A stretch of 63,493 nt of DNA, filler included, from Octopus bimaculoides (GCF_001194135.2; 8 parts of 6 records of this genome joined end to end with filler, not necessarily neighbours in it); one strand, 5' to 3'; positions 1 through 14,594 are shown, counted from the first letter of the whole stretch. The notes: a model not told the origin generated them from the sequence alone. Made by a program: numbers and translations.

Positions 1-85
1 TATATATATATATACATACATACATATATATATATATATACGTACATATGCATAGGCATACATACAGATATGCACACACACACAT

Positions 86-140
<55 letters not shown>

Positions 141-740
141 AGTATATATATACAGTATATACGTGTGTGTGTATATGTGTATGTGTGCGTATGTGTACTC
201 ATATATTAATGTATATGCCAATGCCTGAATCTCACAGTTTTCATGTGCATACATGTGTGTGTCTGTGTGTGTGTGTGTATATGCGTATTTGTGCGTATAT
301 GTATGCGTGCGTGTGTACATAAATATAGTCATATATATTTTGTATATATGGGTTCACTATTGACACACAGTCTCAAGCATATACATATACATACCTATGT
401 ATACATATTTATATATCCATATATATGTATGTATGTATGTATGTATATGTATACGTATTATGAAGAAAGGGATGTATGGGAGACGGATGGACGAATGTAT
501 ATTAATCCGGTGTGTATTGCGTCCAATAAACATTGGTAAACAAGTAGAAAATATCCCTGGATTACATCCAGCTGTAGAATGATCTCCAATAAAAAGCGGT
601 GGGTTAGTGTGACTCATCACTTCTTTTCTAAACGCTGTTCTATGCGTGTTCGGCCATTATGGTTTATGAGATGACTTGCATCATAAAAAATACTTTCAAG
701 TATATGTATGCATATTTATGTGTGTGTATGTATGTCTGTG

Positions 741-827
<87 letters not shown>

Positions 828-1045
828 ATACATTTATATACATAGATATATATACATATATATACATATATGTACGTATACATATATTTGTACATGGATA
901 TGCATATATAGGCATGTATATATGTAAATATAACTATCTATGTCTATCTATCTATCTATCTATCTATCCATCTATCCATCTATATATCTATCTATCCATC
1001 TATATATATATATATATATATATACATAAACACTGTAGAAATTAC

Positions 1046-1076
<31 letters not shown>

Positions 1077-1130
1077 TTGTGTGTATGATATATTAGATAC
1101 ATAAATGTGCGTATATGTATACACACATAT
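1..1130. repeat. Compound (TA)n/(CA)n/(TATG)n/(TCTA)n microsatellite tract
   Basis: Direct reading; ORFs here are YI/VC/HT dipeptide artefacts. Confidence 0.95.
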
Positions 1131-1526
1131 ACACTTGCTTTTCTATAGATATGTACGTATGCATGCGTTACTAAAGTGACATGGTTTTGTGTGTGCTTAT
1201 CCCGCTTTGATCTTGACTTTCACAAATACATTGACCTGGAACTCAACTCTTAAATATCTCGCAATGAAGTAAGTCTTGGGTGGGCTACCGTTGTCGTAGA
1301 AGTCATATAATATATCATATATTACTGTTGTAACATTTTCGGCACGTCGCTGCATTTTCTTCTCCTCTTTTCCTATGTCCTCTTCTCTACTGCTGGAGCA
1401 GCATACAATCTTTTTCCTGTTTTGAGCATCTGAGATATATCTATGATTTGATATATATATATACTGTAAAAAGCACAAGTGGATTATCGAATCCTGTCAC
1501 CGCAATTATCCTGTATTGTACGTTTT

Positions 1527-1682
1527 TCTCTCGTGTTCTTATTTGTGTCGGCGATTCGACTGCGCCAGTGCTGGAGTACCGTTTGGAAGAGTTTAATCAA
1601 ACACAGACCAGGATTTATTATGTCTTTAAGTGTAGTACTGATGCCATCGGTCTTCTGTCGAACCGCTTGGTTACGGTTATTT
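1527..1682 (-). mobile_element. Degenerate 3' half of SINE family A
   Basis: Resembles the reverse complement of the tail of the copy at 40647-41062 and is co-linear with 56630-56790. Confidence 0.7.
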
Positions 1683-1916
1683 TAGGAAACAAATACCAGC
1701 TGTAAAGCGGACGACGGCAAATACGTGCACATTCATGAACTTGGGCACACGCACGCACGCACACACACACACACACACACACNNNNNNNNNNNNNNNNNN
1801 NNNNNNNNNNNNNNNNNNNNNNNNNNNNNNNNNNNNNNNNNNNNNNNNNNNNNNNNNNNNNNNNNNNNNNNNNNNNNNNNNNNNNNNNNNNNNNNNNNNN
1901 NNNNNCACACACACAT

Positions 1917-1953
<37 letters not shown>

Positions 1954-3221
1954 TATATATATATATCTATGTACACACACACACACACACCACACACCAC
2001 ACATCTTTTTTCTCCTTTTTTTCTCTCCTTGTTTCTCTCCTTTTTTTTTCTTTCCTTATTTCATTTCTTGTTTCTTTCTGTGTTCCTTTCTGTGGAAGAG
2101 CGTAGGCTCGAAGCGTTAAAGACTTTTTTCAATTCCCGAGTGTTATACTAATACATCTGTTTGTTTATATAATCGAACGTGAGCCGATTAGCCTAACCAT
2201 CAAGCCACGCACCTTCACATACCAACGTGAGATATGCATATGTTTATGCATAAAGAATAGTCATAGAACGAATGAGAAACTCTCACAACGCTATTGATAT
2301 TATTCTCGTCTTTACGAACATTTCATTCCAGCGTGCTGTATCAAGCTCCAAATCTTTAACACCGCTCAAAATCGTAGCTCCTCAGGCTTTCTTATCAGCC
2401 GCAGGGGATTCAAGACTTCTCACGACAAAGTGAGACGATAGTTACCTCCCTTCGAACATCCTGCGGACGCTACAACCGTATTTAAAATTCATTTCATAAA
2501 CTCTTATCAAAATGATAACCTTAACGAGATTAATATATTGTGATTGAATAAGTACATTAGAAAGATACTCATAAAAAAATGTAGCAAAGCAGAAAAATTA
2601 CACTGAATCAGCAAGTATAAAATGCAATCTAATGAACAGATTCCACACAAGCATGACGCCATGTTCACAGCAATGAATATAAAATATAACGGCAAACACC
2701 AGCTGTAATATTTCTTGAAGATCGTAGTGGCATATTGTCGGATTCACCACATAAAAATTAATACCGCAAAAACCAATTTTTTCAACGCTTCATCAAAGGA
2801 TTTTAAAAGCAGATGAAACAAACGATAAGCTAATGATGTGAACATAATTATTTATAATAGTTGAAGAATGATTAGAATCAATATATTTGTCGTGTAACTT
2901 CTCCTTCGATGCCCAAATTTATTAGTTCTTAATTCAAAGTAATATAGAAAAGAAATTAAGAACGCTTACATTGGATTAACAGTAATACTTGCGTCTACAT
3001 ATTTAAATAACTTTGGGATGTTTTTTGCAACAATCAATCTGTTACAACGGTCAGGTTTCGATTATAATATAATCGTTGTAATGCTTTGAATTATTGATGG
3101 CATTATGTAATATGCAGAATATATTAACATCAATAAGATCAAAACTGTAAGAAGAATTTTGATAATATATTAAAAACTTAAAAGAATTAGGCACAATTTA
3201 TTGACGTATAAATGAAGTTGT

Positions 3222-3478
3222 GGCGGCACATGGCCTAGTGGTTAGAGCAACAGTCCCGCGGTCGAGGGATCGCTGTTTCGAATCTCAGACCGGGTGAGGT
3301 GTGTGTTTATGAGCGAAACATCTAGGTTCCACGTGGCTTCGGCAGAAGTTAAAGGCGGACACTAACGGATATAGTAAGTACTAGGCTCAAAAATTAAGTC
3401 CTTGGGTCGATTTGCTTGAATAAAAGCCCTCAAGGCGTGTGCATCAAATGACTGGAACAAGTAACAGAATGAAAAAAA
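3222..3478 (+). mobile_element. tRNA-derived SINE (family D head, family A-like tail)
   Basis: A-box TGGCCTAGTGG and B-box-like GTTTCGAATC; head is homologous to the minus-strand copy at 17790-17942. Confidence 0.8.
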
Positions 3479-3953
3479 TACATACATACATAGAAAGGGA
3501 GAGAGAGAGAGAGAGAGATACATAGATAGATGTAGAGTGAGAGAGAGGGAGAGAGAGAGGGAGCGAAAGCTATCAATGTATCATACTTAACGCATAAATA
3601 CAGTCGGTACGCCAGTTACTACGGTATTTGTCCGTAGATAACGTTTCTCAAAGACGGAGGAGAAAACCTTCCTAGCGTCGGATGGCAAGAATGCCAAGTG
3701 GAGTTTGGCCCCTTTTGCGTTTTTCAAAGATCGGACAGGAAATCGTCGCTAGAAATATAACAAAACCTTCATTGATGTTGAGATTAGTCAACAAGTTTAA
3801 CAAAAACCCGACAAAAAAAAAAAACGGTGTGACTGACTTATCAGCAGTGTATATAGATTGTGAATGATATATCGATGACTATTTTTATTTCATTCAATAA
3901 TGCTTACACCGCATATATACATATATATATGTGTGTGTGTATATGTATGTATG

Positions 3954-3987
<34 letters not shown>

Positions 3988-5432
3988 TGTATGTGCGTGT
4001 GCGCGTGAGTGTGTAGGTAGAGAGGTAGGTAGATGGGTGGGTAAAAAGAGGCAAACAGTTGCACACATAGGCTGATAGATAGACAGATGGATAGATAAAT
4101 TAGATTAGATTAGATTAGATTAGATAGATACACATCCAACTAAACAGGTATCATATCTTTATAAGTCAGAATCCCATAAAAAAATGCTTCCACATTCGCT
4201 TTGGCACCAAAGTACACCGATATATCTCCGACTTCAACGCGACGTCATCTACTAATATATGAGTGTTGCTAATTAGCTTCAGAAAATCATCGACCGTGTT
4301 TTAACTTCCTATCGTACTCGCAGACTTCCAGGCGGTCTGGCATCTATTCAGCGGTTTGATTGAGTAGAATGGACCTTGCTGAACCCGAATCTATATTTCT
4401 ACCGGACAGGCAGACATTTATACAGGGATTGCCTCGGAAAATTCACACAAACACACACACACACACACAAACGCGCGCGCATATGCAGCAATAGGCACAC
4501 GCGTGCTGCCGCACACGCACACACACACACAAATGCACACTGAGTTTATTATATATACATATCTATATATACATAGACGAACTTACTTGGAAACGGATAT
4601 ATATATATATATANNNNNNNNNNNNNNNNNNNNNNNNNNNNNNNNNNNNNNNNNNNNNNNNNNNNNNNNNNNNNNNNNNNNNNNNNNNNNNNNNNNNNNN
4701 NNNNNNNNNNNNNNNNNNNNNNNNNNNNNNNNNNNNNNNNNNNNNNNNNNNNNNNNNNNNNNNNNNNNNNNNNNNNNNNNNNNNNNNNNNNNNNNNNNNN
4801 NNNNNNNNNNNNNNNNNNNNNNNNNNNNNNNNNNNNNNNNNNNNNNNNNNNNNNNNNNNNNNNNNNNNNNNNNNNNNNNNNNNNNNNNNNNNNNNNNNNN
4901 NNNNNNNNNNNNNNNNNNNNNNNNNNNNNNNNNNNNNNNNNNNNNNNNNNNNNNNNNNNNNNNNNNNNNNNNNNNNNNNNNNNNNNNNNNNNNNNNNNNN
5001 NNNNNNNNNNNNNNNNNNNNNNNNNNNNNNNNNNNNNNNNNNNNNNNNNNNNNNNNNNNNNNNNNNNNNNNNNNNNNNNNNNNNNNNNNNNNNNNNNNNN
5101 NNNNNNNNNNNNNNNNNNNNNNNNNNNNNNNNNNNNNNNNNNNNNNNNNNNNNNNNNNNNNNNNNNNNNNNNNNNNNNNNNNNNNNNNNNNNNNNNNNNN
5201 NNNNNNNNNNNNNNNNNNNNNNNNNNNNNNNNNNNNNNNNNNNNNNNNNNNNNNNNNNNNNNNNNNNNNNNNNNNNNNNNNNNNNNNNNNNNNNNNNNNN
5301 NNNNNNNNNNNNNNNNNNNNNNNNNNNNNNNNNNNNNNNNNNNNNNNNNNNNNNNNNNNNNNNNNNNNNNNNNNNNNNNNNNNNNNNNNNNNNNNNNNNN
5401 NNNNNNNNNNNNNNNNNNNNNNNNNNNNNNNN

Positions 5433-5480
<48 letters not shown>

Positions 5481-6249
5481 TTATATGCATTATATTTATG
5501 TATATATATATATATATATATACATACACACGCACAAACATTCTATATCTATGTGAGCGCATGCATGCCTAGTGTTGCATAAGAAGTGTACATGGTCAGG
5601 AACTGAGTGTATGTAATGTGTATATATGCTCTTCCCTCCATCTCTCTACGTCTCCTTTGATACATAGTACTTCTTTGCACATCATATTCGCTTGTATATA
5701 CATATATATATACATACATATGCACTCACTCTCCTCTACTCGTCACCCCGTTTCTCTGTCCCTCTTGTCACATAACCTTACTCTAGCACTTTCTCTTTAC
5801 TCTTCCCATTCTGGATCACCTCTTCCCATTACCATCTCCTCGCTAACAAACCTGAGTGCTGTATTAATTAACACAAATGTTATCTTATTCTTTTCGCTAT
5901 CTTTTCAAAAAAATTTACTTTGTTCTCTTCTATTATTCTCTTATTTTAAATAAATTTTTTTATGCTTTATTTTACATTGTCTTCCTTTATTGTTACCTTC
6001 TATGTTTTTAAAAAAAAATTCTGTTAAACTTTGCCGTACGTGTCGTATTGTTTTTGTTTTGTTCATATAAAACCCGATATTTTATTTACTACATTTGTTC
6101 ATTTATTCATACATTATATTTTATATTTTCTCACTTTCAATTTATATTTTCTCGCAATTCTCAGCTGCTGCCCCGGAAATTTATACCTCCACGACAACTC
6201 AACGTTCTGTTTCACCTCTCGTTCTTTTCGTCCTCCTTTTTACCATATA

Positions 6250-6290
<41 letters not shown>

Positions 6291-6911
6291 GTATATCAAG
6301 TTATAAATGACGAGAGAAATGTTATGATGAAATTTATTTAACCATAGGTAAATTTTGCATATCACAACAAATTGTTTCGTAACTTAGGGCATGCAAAGAT
6401 AATTTATTATATTCAATTATAAATAAATTAGTTACATGCCTGCATTAATGCAAGTAATTCTATAAAACCATGCAGAAATTAACCTGCCTCATCAGGTGAG
6501 AGAAAATTCTTTGTATACACGCCTTATTGTTTTCAATTGTATCTTACAACATATTCTATGTGCTTTGTAGAATGATACATTAAGGAAATTTTTTATGAGT
6601 ACTACCGGATTAGTTGAATCGAAATATTGTGACATATATATNNNNNNNNNNNNNNNNNNNNNNNNNNNNNNNNNNNNNNNNNNNNNNNNNNNNNNNNNNN
6701 NNNNNNNNNNNNNNNNNNNNNNNNNNNNNNNNNNNNNNNNNNNNNNNNNNNNNNNNNNNNNNNNNNNNNNNNNNNNNNNNNNNNNNNNNNNNNNNNNNNN
6801 NNNNNNNNNNNNNNNNNNNNNNNNNNNNNNNNNNNNNNNNNNNNNNNNNNNNNNNNNNNNNNNNNNNNNNNNNNNNNNNNNNNNNNNNNNNNNNNNNNNN
6901 NNNNNNNNNNN

Positions 6912-6957
<46 letters not shown>

Positions 6958-7369
6958 ATTCAAAAATACATTTATACATACAAACCCGCATACATCCTTA
7001 CTTATATACACATACCTATATACACACCTGTATACATTCATACTTAGACTGATTATATACACAACGAGAAGTTAGACGAAAAGCAGCTTCCGTCTTATTC
7101 ATATTACGCATCCATCTTATTATTGACATTGCGTTTTATTCTTCCACGATTGATAATAGAAATACCAGTTATATATTGAGGTAACCCATTCATCAAAATA
7201 CACTAGCAGTAGCTAGTTTTGTGTCAATGTAAGAAATCAATATTGTCACTTCATTTTAGAGGTGGTGGGCGGGGATGGAGTATAGATTGAGTGATAGATT
7301 GGTGATTGTAATAATAGCGGAATATGTGCCAGTGGAAGCGAATAAAGAGAGGAAGAATTTCATTGTTCT

Positions 7370-7612
7370 GTTCGAGTAGTAGTAGTAGTAGTAGTAGTAT
7401 GAATAGTAATAGTAGTAGTAGTAGTAATTGTTGTTGCAGCAGTAGTAATAGCACTAGCAGCAGTAGCAGCAACAGTAGTAGTAGCAGTGGTAGTAGTAGT
7501 AGTAGTGGTAGTAATGGTAGTAGCAGCAGTAGAAATAATAGTATTATTGGGGGTGTAATTGTTACAAATTTGTTGTGATGTTATTAGTAGTAGTAGTAGT
7601 AGTAGTGATGGC
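7370..7612. repeat. (AGT)n/(AGC)n trinucleotide tract
   Basis: Direct reading. Confidence 0.95.
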
Positions 7613-8149
7613 AGTGTAATAGTTCTTTTATCATTTATTTTTTAGTTGTTTCCGTCATTAGACTTCGCCCATGCTGGGGCCCCGTTTTGAAGAATTTCAG
7701 TTGAACGAATTGACTCTATTGCTTAATTCTTTCCTTCCTTCCTTCCTTCCTTCTTTCTCACTTTCTTTGTTTATTTAAGTTTGTAAGAATAAGTTATAGG
7801 GGTTGATTTTTTTTTCAATTAAAAACCTTTCAAGGCAGTACTCCAGTATGGCCGCAGCCAAATGACTGAAACAAGATAAAGAAGAAAAAATAAAGAATAA
7901 AATGTATTTGGTGTAGTGTGTTAACGATTCTGCCAGCACGGCACGTTACTGCATCTGTACTCGAACATCCAAAACACGGAACTCTCAAACAGCCAAACGT
8001 CAAAAGCAATCGAAAAGTCTTTGCAGGAGAATCTGCCATTATTGTACACGACCCAAGTGACTCTAGGAGTAAATATGTTTACTACGTGGAGATGCGATCC
8101 AAGAACGGAATATAGTTGTATGTCACACACCGTCTTTACCCCGACATCT

Positions 8150-8620
8150 CTGTGTCTCTCTCTTGACCGTTCACTTGCTTTGTTTCTTTCCATCTTTTTC
8201 TATCGTTCTTTCATTCTCTGTCTCCCTCTCCCTTTCTCTCTCTCTCTCTCTCTCTGTGTGTCTTACTCTCATTCTTTCCTTCAGCCTCAATCTTCCATTC
8301 GCTCTTACGTTCACTCATTATTTCTCTCTCACTCCGCGTCCTTCTTTATCTCATTCTCACTCTACATCTCTCTCGCTCCCTTTCGCTCTGTTCTCTGTCT
8401 GTCTGTCTGTCTCACTCTCTCTCTCCCTCCTTCTCTCTCTCTCCCTCTCTCTCTCCCCCACTCTCTCTCTTAGTCTCTCTTTAACACACTTCCTTTCACT
8501 TTCACCTCCCTCTCTCCCTCGCAATGTCTCTCTTTCTCTCATTCTGTCTTTCTTTATCTTGCTCGTTCTCAGTCTTTCTCTCCCCCACCTCTCTCTCTCC
8601 CCCTCTCATTCTTTCTATCT
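8150..8620. repeat. (CT)n-rich polypyrimidine tract
   Basis: Direct reading; produces SL-rich pseudo-ORFs. Confidence 0.9.
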
Positions 8621-9126
8621 CACACGTTTTCCAACACCCTCTTCTACACTTTTCTTCCACTTCTTCGATTCCAACCCCTTCACGGTCAAAATAACACATT
8701 TATACACAACACTCATCCTTCCTCCAATATTTCTAATCAAACACATTTTCTTTCCTTCACGCCTACATCCAAACTACTTTCACTTTCGGCCACATCCCAA
8801 TATCGCTATTTATCCTCTCCAATTTCCCTACTTATCTCCCTTTTCACTCTTATCCTCACCCAACCCAGTTCTCTTTAACACCCCTCCTTCTCCTTCTCTC
8901 TCTCTAGGGGGGTCTACATCATACACTACTCCACTTTCACGGTCAAATAGACACAGCTTTCACGCTATTTGACCTGCACAACTATTTTTTCTGGTGCGCT
9001 GCATTTCTGCTATTTGCCCCGCTCCTCCCGCCCCACACACGCACTTCATATCAATCTTACCATTTCATCGCACCTCTGTTTCTGTCTAAGCATATCCCTC
9101 TTCTAAACCGCTCACTTTTCCTCGTT

Positions 9127-9197
<71 letters not shown>

Positions 9198-9576
9198 GCA
9201 TATGTTTATACAAAGATGCACATATCTATATGTATACGTATATATGTGTGTTTTATTGAGAGCGTAGGCAGGTATGTGTATGCGTTTGGAATGTCCGATC
9301 ATCTCGCACCTCTCAATTTAACCTCTTTCCGCTCCTTTTAAACTCCGCCGCCTCCTCCCCTCTGACGGTACACCTACTGCAGATGATACCTCTCTCTATA
9401 GCTCACTCCACTGTCCTCTGCCCGCGCCTCACAATGAAGCCAGTTTTGGACTTAACATTTTATTATTGCCACGGTCAATCCTTCTTTTCTTTTTAGATTC
9501 ATTACTGTTCCATGTTTTATCCGTTTATTAATAACCAGAATGTTATCTCTCTCATTCTATCAATCTATCATTCTAC

Positions 9577-9652
<76 letters not shown>

Positions 9653-9864
9653 TTCTGTCGCTATGTATGTATGTATGTATGCATCTATTTGTTTATATAC
9701 TTACATAGATACATGCACATACACACCCACATACACACCCACATACACCCACACCCACACGCACACATTCCAGTCCATTCACCTTCGTCAAGTCAGATTT
9801 ATTCCTCACACACATACATAGATATATTCACACACGTATATAGACATTCATATACACGCATACA

Positions 9865-9958
<94 letters not shown>

Positions 9959-11683
9959 ATATATACACGCATACATACATACATACATATATATATATAT
10001 ATATCCAGAAATGTGTATTTATGAATGTATGTGTATATATATGTATGTATGTGTGTATGTATGTATGTATGTATGTATGTATGTATGTATGTATGTATGT
10101 GTGCGAGTGTGTTATGGTGTGCGTGGGCACAAACGAATAGAATTATAAGAGACGCACATATACACAGCCACATCTGCGCGCGCGCACACACACAGCTACC
10201 TGTACCCCCATGTCTACCCTCCCACTTACGTAGCCTCGTCACCCGTCTTCAACTATTATTGTTGTTAATGCTACTGTTCCTTCTACCACTACTACTACTA
10301 CTACTGCTGTTGTTGTTGTTGTTGATGATAATGATGGTGATGATGATGATGTTATGTATCACTGTCCCTTGCGATTTCCAGCCAATATGTCCGAATGTCC
10401 AAACATATTCACAGCGAAAACCATCGTACTCGCTTGCTCGCTTCCAGCCAGGAGAGAGGGCGTTGTAAGAGAGGTAGCTTAAGAGGTCAGTTTCAGAAGC
10501 GAAACAAACGCGATTGTCCCGCTTGATCAGAGAGTGGGGCGATCGCGTTACGTGGTATTTCGGCCATGATGGACGATGACCATCACGCCGTTTCGGTTGC
10601 GTCATACCAGCTTTTATGACAAACATTAGCTGGCATGGCTATCGTTGTTATTGTAGCTTTTGACCGTTGCGTTGGTGTTGTTTCTATTACTGTTGTTGGG
10701 TTGGTTACAATGGCTGTGGTAATGGTTCTGTTTTATAGCAGTTTTTGGTAGTGGTGGTGGTAGTAATATTAGAAGTGGTGGTGGTGCTTGTGATGGTTGT
10801 GGTACAGCAACAATAGTAGCAGCAATAGTGTCATTAGTAGTAGTAGTTGTATTAATATTATTATTAATAGTAGCAGTGGTTGTAGTAGTACTAGTAGTAG
10901 TAGTAGTAGTAGTTATTGTTTAGCTCCCAGGTCACTCCTCACCAAGCTAGACCTATACGTCAAACATCATCCCGTTCGTCGTGTTATTGTTGTTGTTGTT
11001 CGTTGTTTGTTGCTCTTGTCTGCCATCTGTTGCCCTGAAGAAGGAGCTGGTTTCTAACAAAGATACAAATCTCCCTCTTTGGAATGTAGATACCATATTT
11101 TTTCTGTTAGCATTTCTGAAATATAAAATCGGTCCGACGCAAGCCTTCATCATTGAAAATAGATAATCGACGTGCATTGTTTAACAGCTTTATACAGCTT
11201 TTGGATATGGGACACTCATAAGTCGAAAAAGATGGGAGAATCCATTATTTATATATANNNNNNNNNNNNNNNNNNNNNNNNNNNNNNNNNNNNNNNNNNN
11301 NNNNNNNNNNNNNNNNNNNNNNNNNNNNNNNNNNNNNNNNNNNNNNNNNNNNNNNNNNNNNNNNNNNNNNNNNNNNNNNNNNNNNNNNNNNNNNNNNNNN
11401 NNNNNNNNNNNNNNNNNNNNNNNNNNNNNNNNNNNNNNNNNNNNNNNNNNNNNNNNNNNNNNNNNNNNNNNNNNNNNNNNNNNNNNNNNNNNNNNNNNNN
11501 NNNNNNNNNNNNNNNNNNNNNNNNNNNNNNNNNNNNNNNNNNNNNNNNNNNNNNNNNNNNNNNNNNNNNNNNNNNNNNNNNNNNNNNNNNNNNNNNNNNN
11601 NNNNNNNNNNNNNNNNNNNNNNNNNNNNNNNNNNNNNNNNNNNNNNNNNNNNNNNNNNNNNNNNNNNNNNNNNNNNNNNNNNN

Positions 11684-11745
<62 letters not shown>

Positions 11746-11900
11746 GTGTGTGTGTGTGTGGATATATATGTATGTATCTATATTTAAATATAACGGATAT
11801 ATAAATATATATCAAATAGGTACATACATAGGTTAGCATATATAAATACATATACGAGTATGACTCAGACGTTTGAGAGACTGTTCAACGATTCGCATGA

Positions 11901-11952
<52 letters not shown>

Positions 11953-12215
11953 TTCATCTCGGCAATTTTTAGACTTTACTATGCTAATATGACAACAATT
12001 GCACAGCAGCAGCAGCAGCAGTAGCGGCAGCAGCAACAGCAACAACAGCATCGACATCAATCAGAAAAATATCTACAACACTGTGAACCTTTGGAAACAT
12101 AAACGTCAGAAAATGCACCGACGAATGACTTTAACATGTGCAATTATCATAAAATATGATCATTGCAAACAAGCCCTATCTGTGCTTGTATGTAAGTACA
12201 CATACAGATATATAC

Positions 12216-12246
<31 letters not shown>

Positions 12247-13144
12247 CATACACACACCTATCTATATGCATGTTTATGTATTCGTTCTTTTATTTATGAC
12301 GATCAAGGCACTCTTTTAAACCATAACTTCCGTAAAGACGGGGTATGTCCATGAGTTGACCAGTAGCAATCATCCAAGACGAAGTTTAAAGCGCTTCTCC
12401 TTTTGTAAGTTGTCAGTGACTCTCTCGCCACAAGCACAGGCGCCTGCACTCACAGACAGCCACCTTGATATACATGTATATATATACGTATATGTATATA
12501 TGTATGTATGTATACATATATATATAGATATACATGTATATATACATACACACATATATATGTATATATATATATATTTATATATATATATATATATATA
12601 TANNNNNNNNNNNNNNNNNNNNNNNNNNNNNNNNNNNNNNNNNNNNNNNNNNNNNNNNNNNNNNNNNNNNNNNNNNNNNNNNNNNNNNNNNNNNNNNNNN
12701 NNNNNNNNNNNNNNNNNNNNNNNNNNNNNNNNNNNNNNNNNNNNNNNNNNNNNNNNNNNNNNNNNNNNNNNNNNNNNNNNNNNNNNNNNNNNNNNNNNNN
12801 NNNNNNNNNNNNNNNNNNNNNNNNNNNNNNNNNNNNNNNNNNNNNNNNNNNNNNNNNNNNNNNNNNNNNNNNNNNNNNNNNNNNNNNNNNNNNNNNNNNN
12901 NNNNNNNNNNNNNNNNNNNNNNNNNNNNNNNNNNNNNNNNNNNNNNNNNNNNNNNNNNNNNNNNNNNNNNNNNNNNNNNNNNNNNNNNNNNNNNNNNNNN
13001 NNNNNNNNNNNNNNNNNNNNNNNNNNNNNNNNNNNNNNNNNNNNNNNNNNNNNNNNNNNNNNNNNNNNNNNNNNNNNNNNNNNNNNNATATATATATGTA
13101 TATATATATATATACATATGTATATATATATATATATACATATG

Positions 13145-13179
<35 letters not shown>

Positions 13180-13361
13180 TTAACGAATAGCCTGTATGTG
13201 TGTGGTAAATATGCCGAGAATTATACATAGAAAAATACACAGTAATATATATTAATTTATTTTTGTTCTACTCACAGGGTTCAACTTGCGTATGTATAAA
13301 TCTAACTGTATATGTTGTCAATATGTCAACAGTTATTCATGTGCACTCTATAAATATTATA

Positions 13362-13397
<36 letters not shown>

Positions 13398-13504
13398 GCA
13401 GTGTTGAAATACGTCATTCGTTTGTAACCTTTTAGTTTTATGCACACACACACCCCGCACACATACTTATATATACAAGCATGTAAATAAATATGCCTTA
13501 GTTT

Positions 13505-13660
13505 GGCTGCATGGTAAGAAGTTTGCTTCTCAACCATATGGTTCCCGTTTCAGTCCCACTGCGTGGAACCTGGGGTAACTGTTGTTTTTACTATAGCCTT
13601 GGGCGGACCAAAGACACGTGAGTGGATTTGGTAGAGGGAAAGTGAAAGTATACCGTTGTA
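13505..13660 (+). mobile_element. SINE family A, 5' part
   Basis: ggctgcatggtaagaag...cagtcccactgcgtgg...agtggatttggtag matches 40647-40810. Confidence 0.85.
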
Positions 13661-14171
13661 TTATTCTGTTCTGGGTTTCAGTGATTGGAATTCGCCTTAC
13701 TAGAGTATGTATTCTGAGAATTATATTCGGCGATATGAAATCCAGAAAGATACATTGCAGAGGTATGATGTTTAAAGAGTAATATTAATTTGGCAAACGT
13801 AAGCCAACTTAAATAGCATATAAAATGGTGTTACATAAACACGGCTACAAAGTTACGAAGATGTACATCTAGATGAAGAGATAAGACCTGACAGAGTTCC
13901 GAGAGACATTAAATGAGAAAAAAAAACATAGAGAAGACACAGAATTTCGTGATAAAAAATGCACAAATGGATAGATAGACAGCGAGATAGAAAAATAGAT
14001 AGATAGATAGATAGATAGGTAGGTAGGTAGATAGGCAGAGAGACTGACAGACAAGAAAATAGATACATACACAGATAGATACATGGATGGATGGTTGGAT
14101 GGATGGATATATGAATAGACCGATGGATAGATGGACAGATGGATGAGTAGATAGATGGGTAGATGGATGGT

Positions 14172-14216
<45 letters not shown>

Positions 14217-14494
14217 GAATGAATAAAGACTGAATATGTAGGGATACTATAATGTAGTTGGGTACATGGAACAAAGGCAATGCTATAAAGAAACAATAGA
14301 AAGTAGAGATAGGAGAGAAGTGAGAAGAGAGAGAGAAAGATAGGACACAGAAATAGTGATGTTGATAAATAGATATTTTGCTAAAGCATATATATAACTG
14401 TTTATCTATATATAAATGTGTGTGTATACACACACACACACATGTGTATATATATATATATATATATATAAGGTTTAATTATATATATATATAT

Positions 14495-14594
14495 NNNNNN
14501 NNNNNNNNNNNNNNNNNNNNNNNNNNNNNNNNNNNNNNTTAATTAATTAANNNNNNNNNNNNNNNNNNNNNNNNNNNNNNNNNNNNNNNNNNNN
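14495..14594. other. Synthetic scaffold-join linker N44-TTAATTAATTAA-N44
   Basis: Exactly 100 bp; identical at 29282-29381, 39229-39328, 45537-45636, 51368-51467, 56887-56986 and 62253-62352. Confidence 0.95.

Noticed and set aside
1197-1430. Minus ORF DAQNRKKIVCCSSSREED...KIKAG after a possible acceptor
   Set aside because: Weak polypyrimidine tract and no recognisable family; not distinguishable from chance
3222-3295. tRNA-like sequence
   Set aside because: No complete cloverleaf, and it continues into a SINE body; likewise for all A/B-box hits in the window
4275-4440. CpG-rich patch with acceptor-like sites (KIIDRVLTSYRTRRLPGG...)
   Set aside because: No convincing donor, and frames stop quickly
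8600-9470. Pyrimidine-rich sequence with repeated ttcacggtcaaa, possibly a Penelope GIY-YIG/3' remnant
   Set aside because: Too degenerate to assign
14539-14550. TTAATTAATTAA as a piggyBac target or regulatory motif
   Set aside because: Always centred in a 100-bp N linker; synthetic
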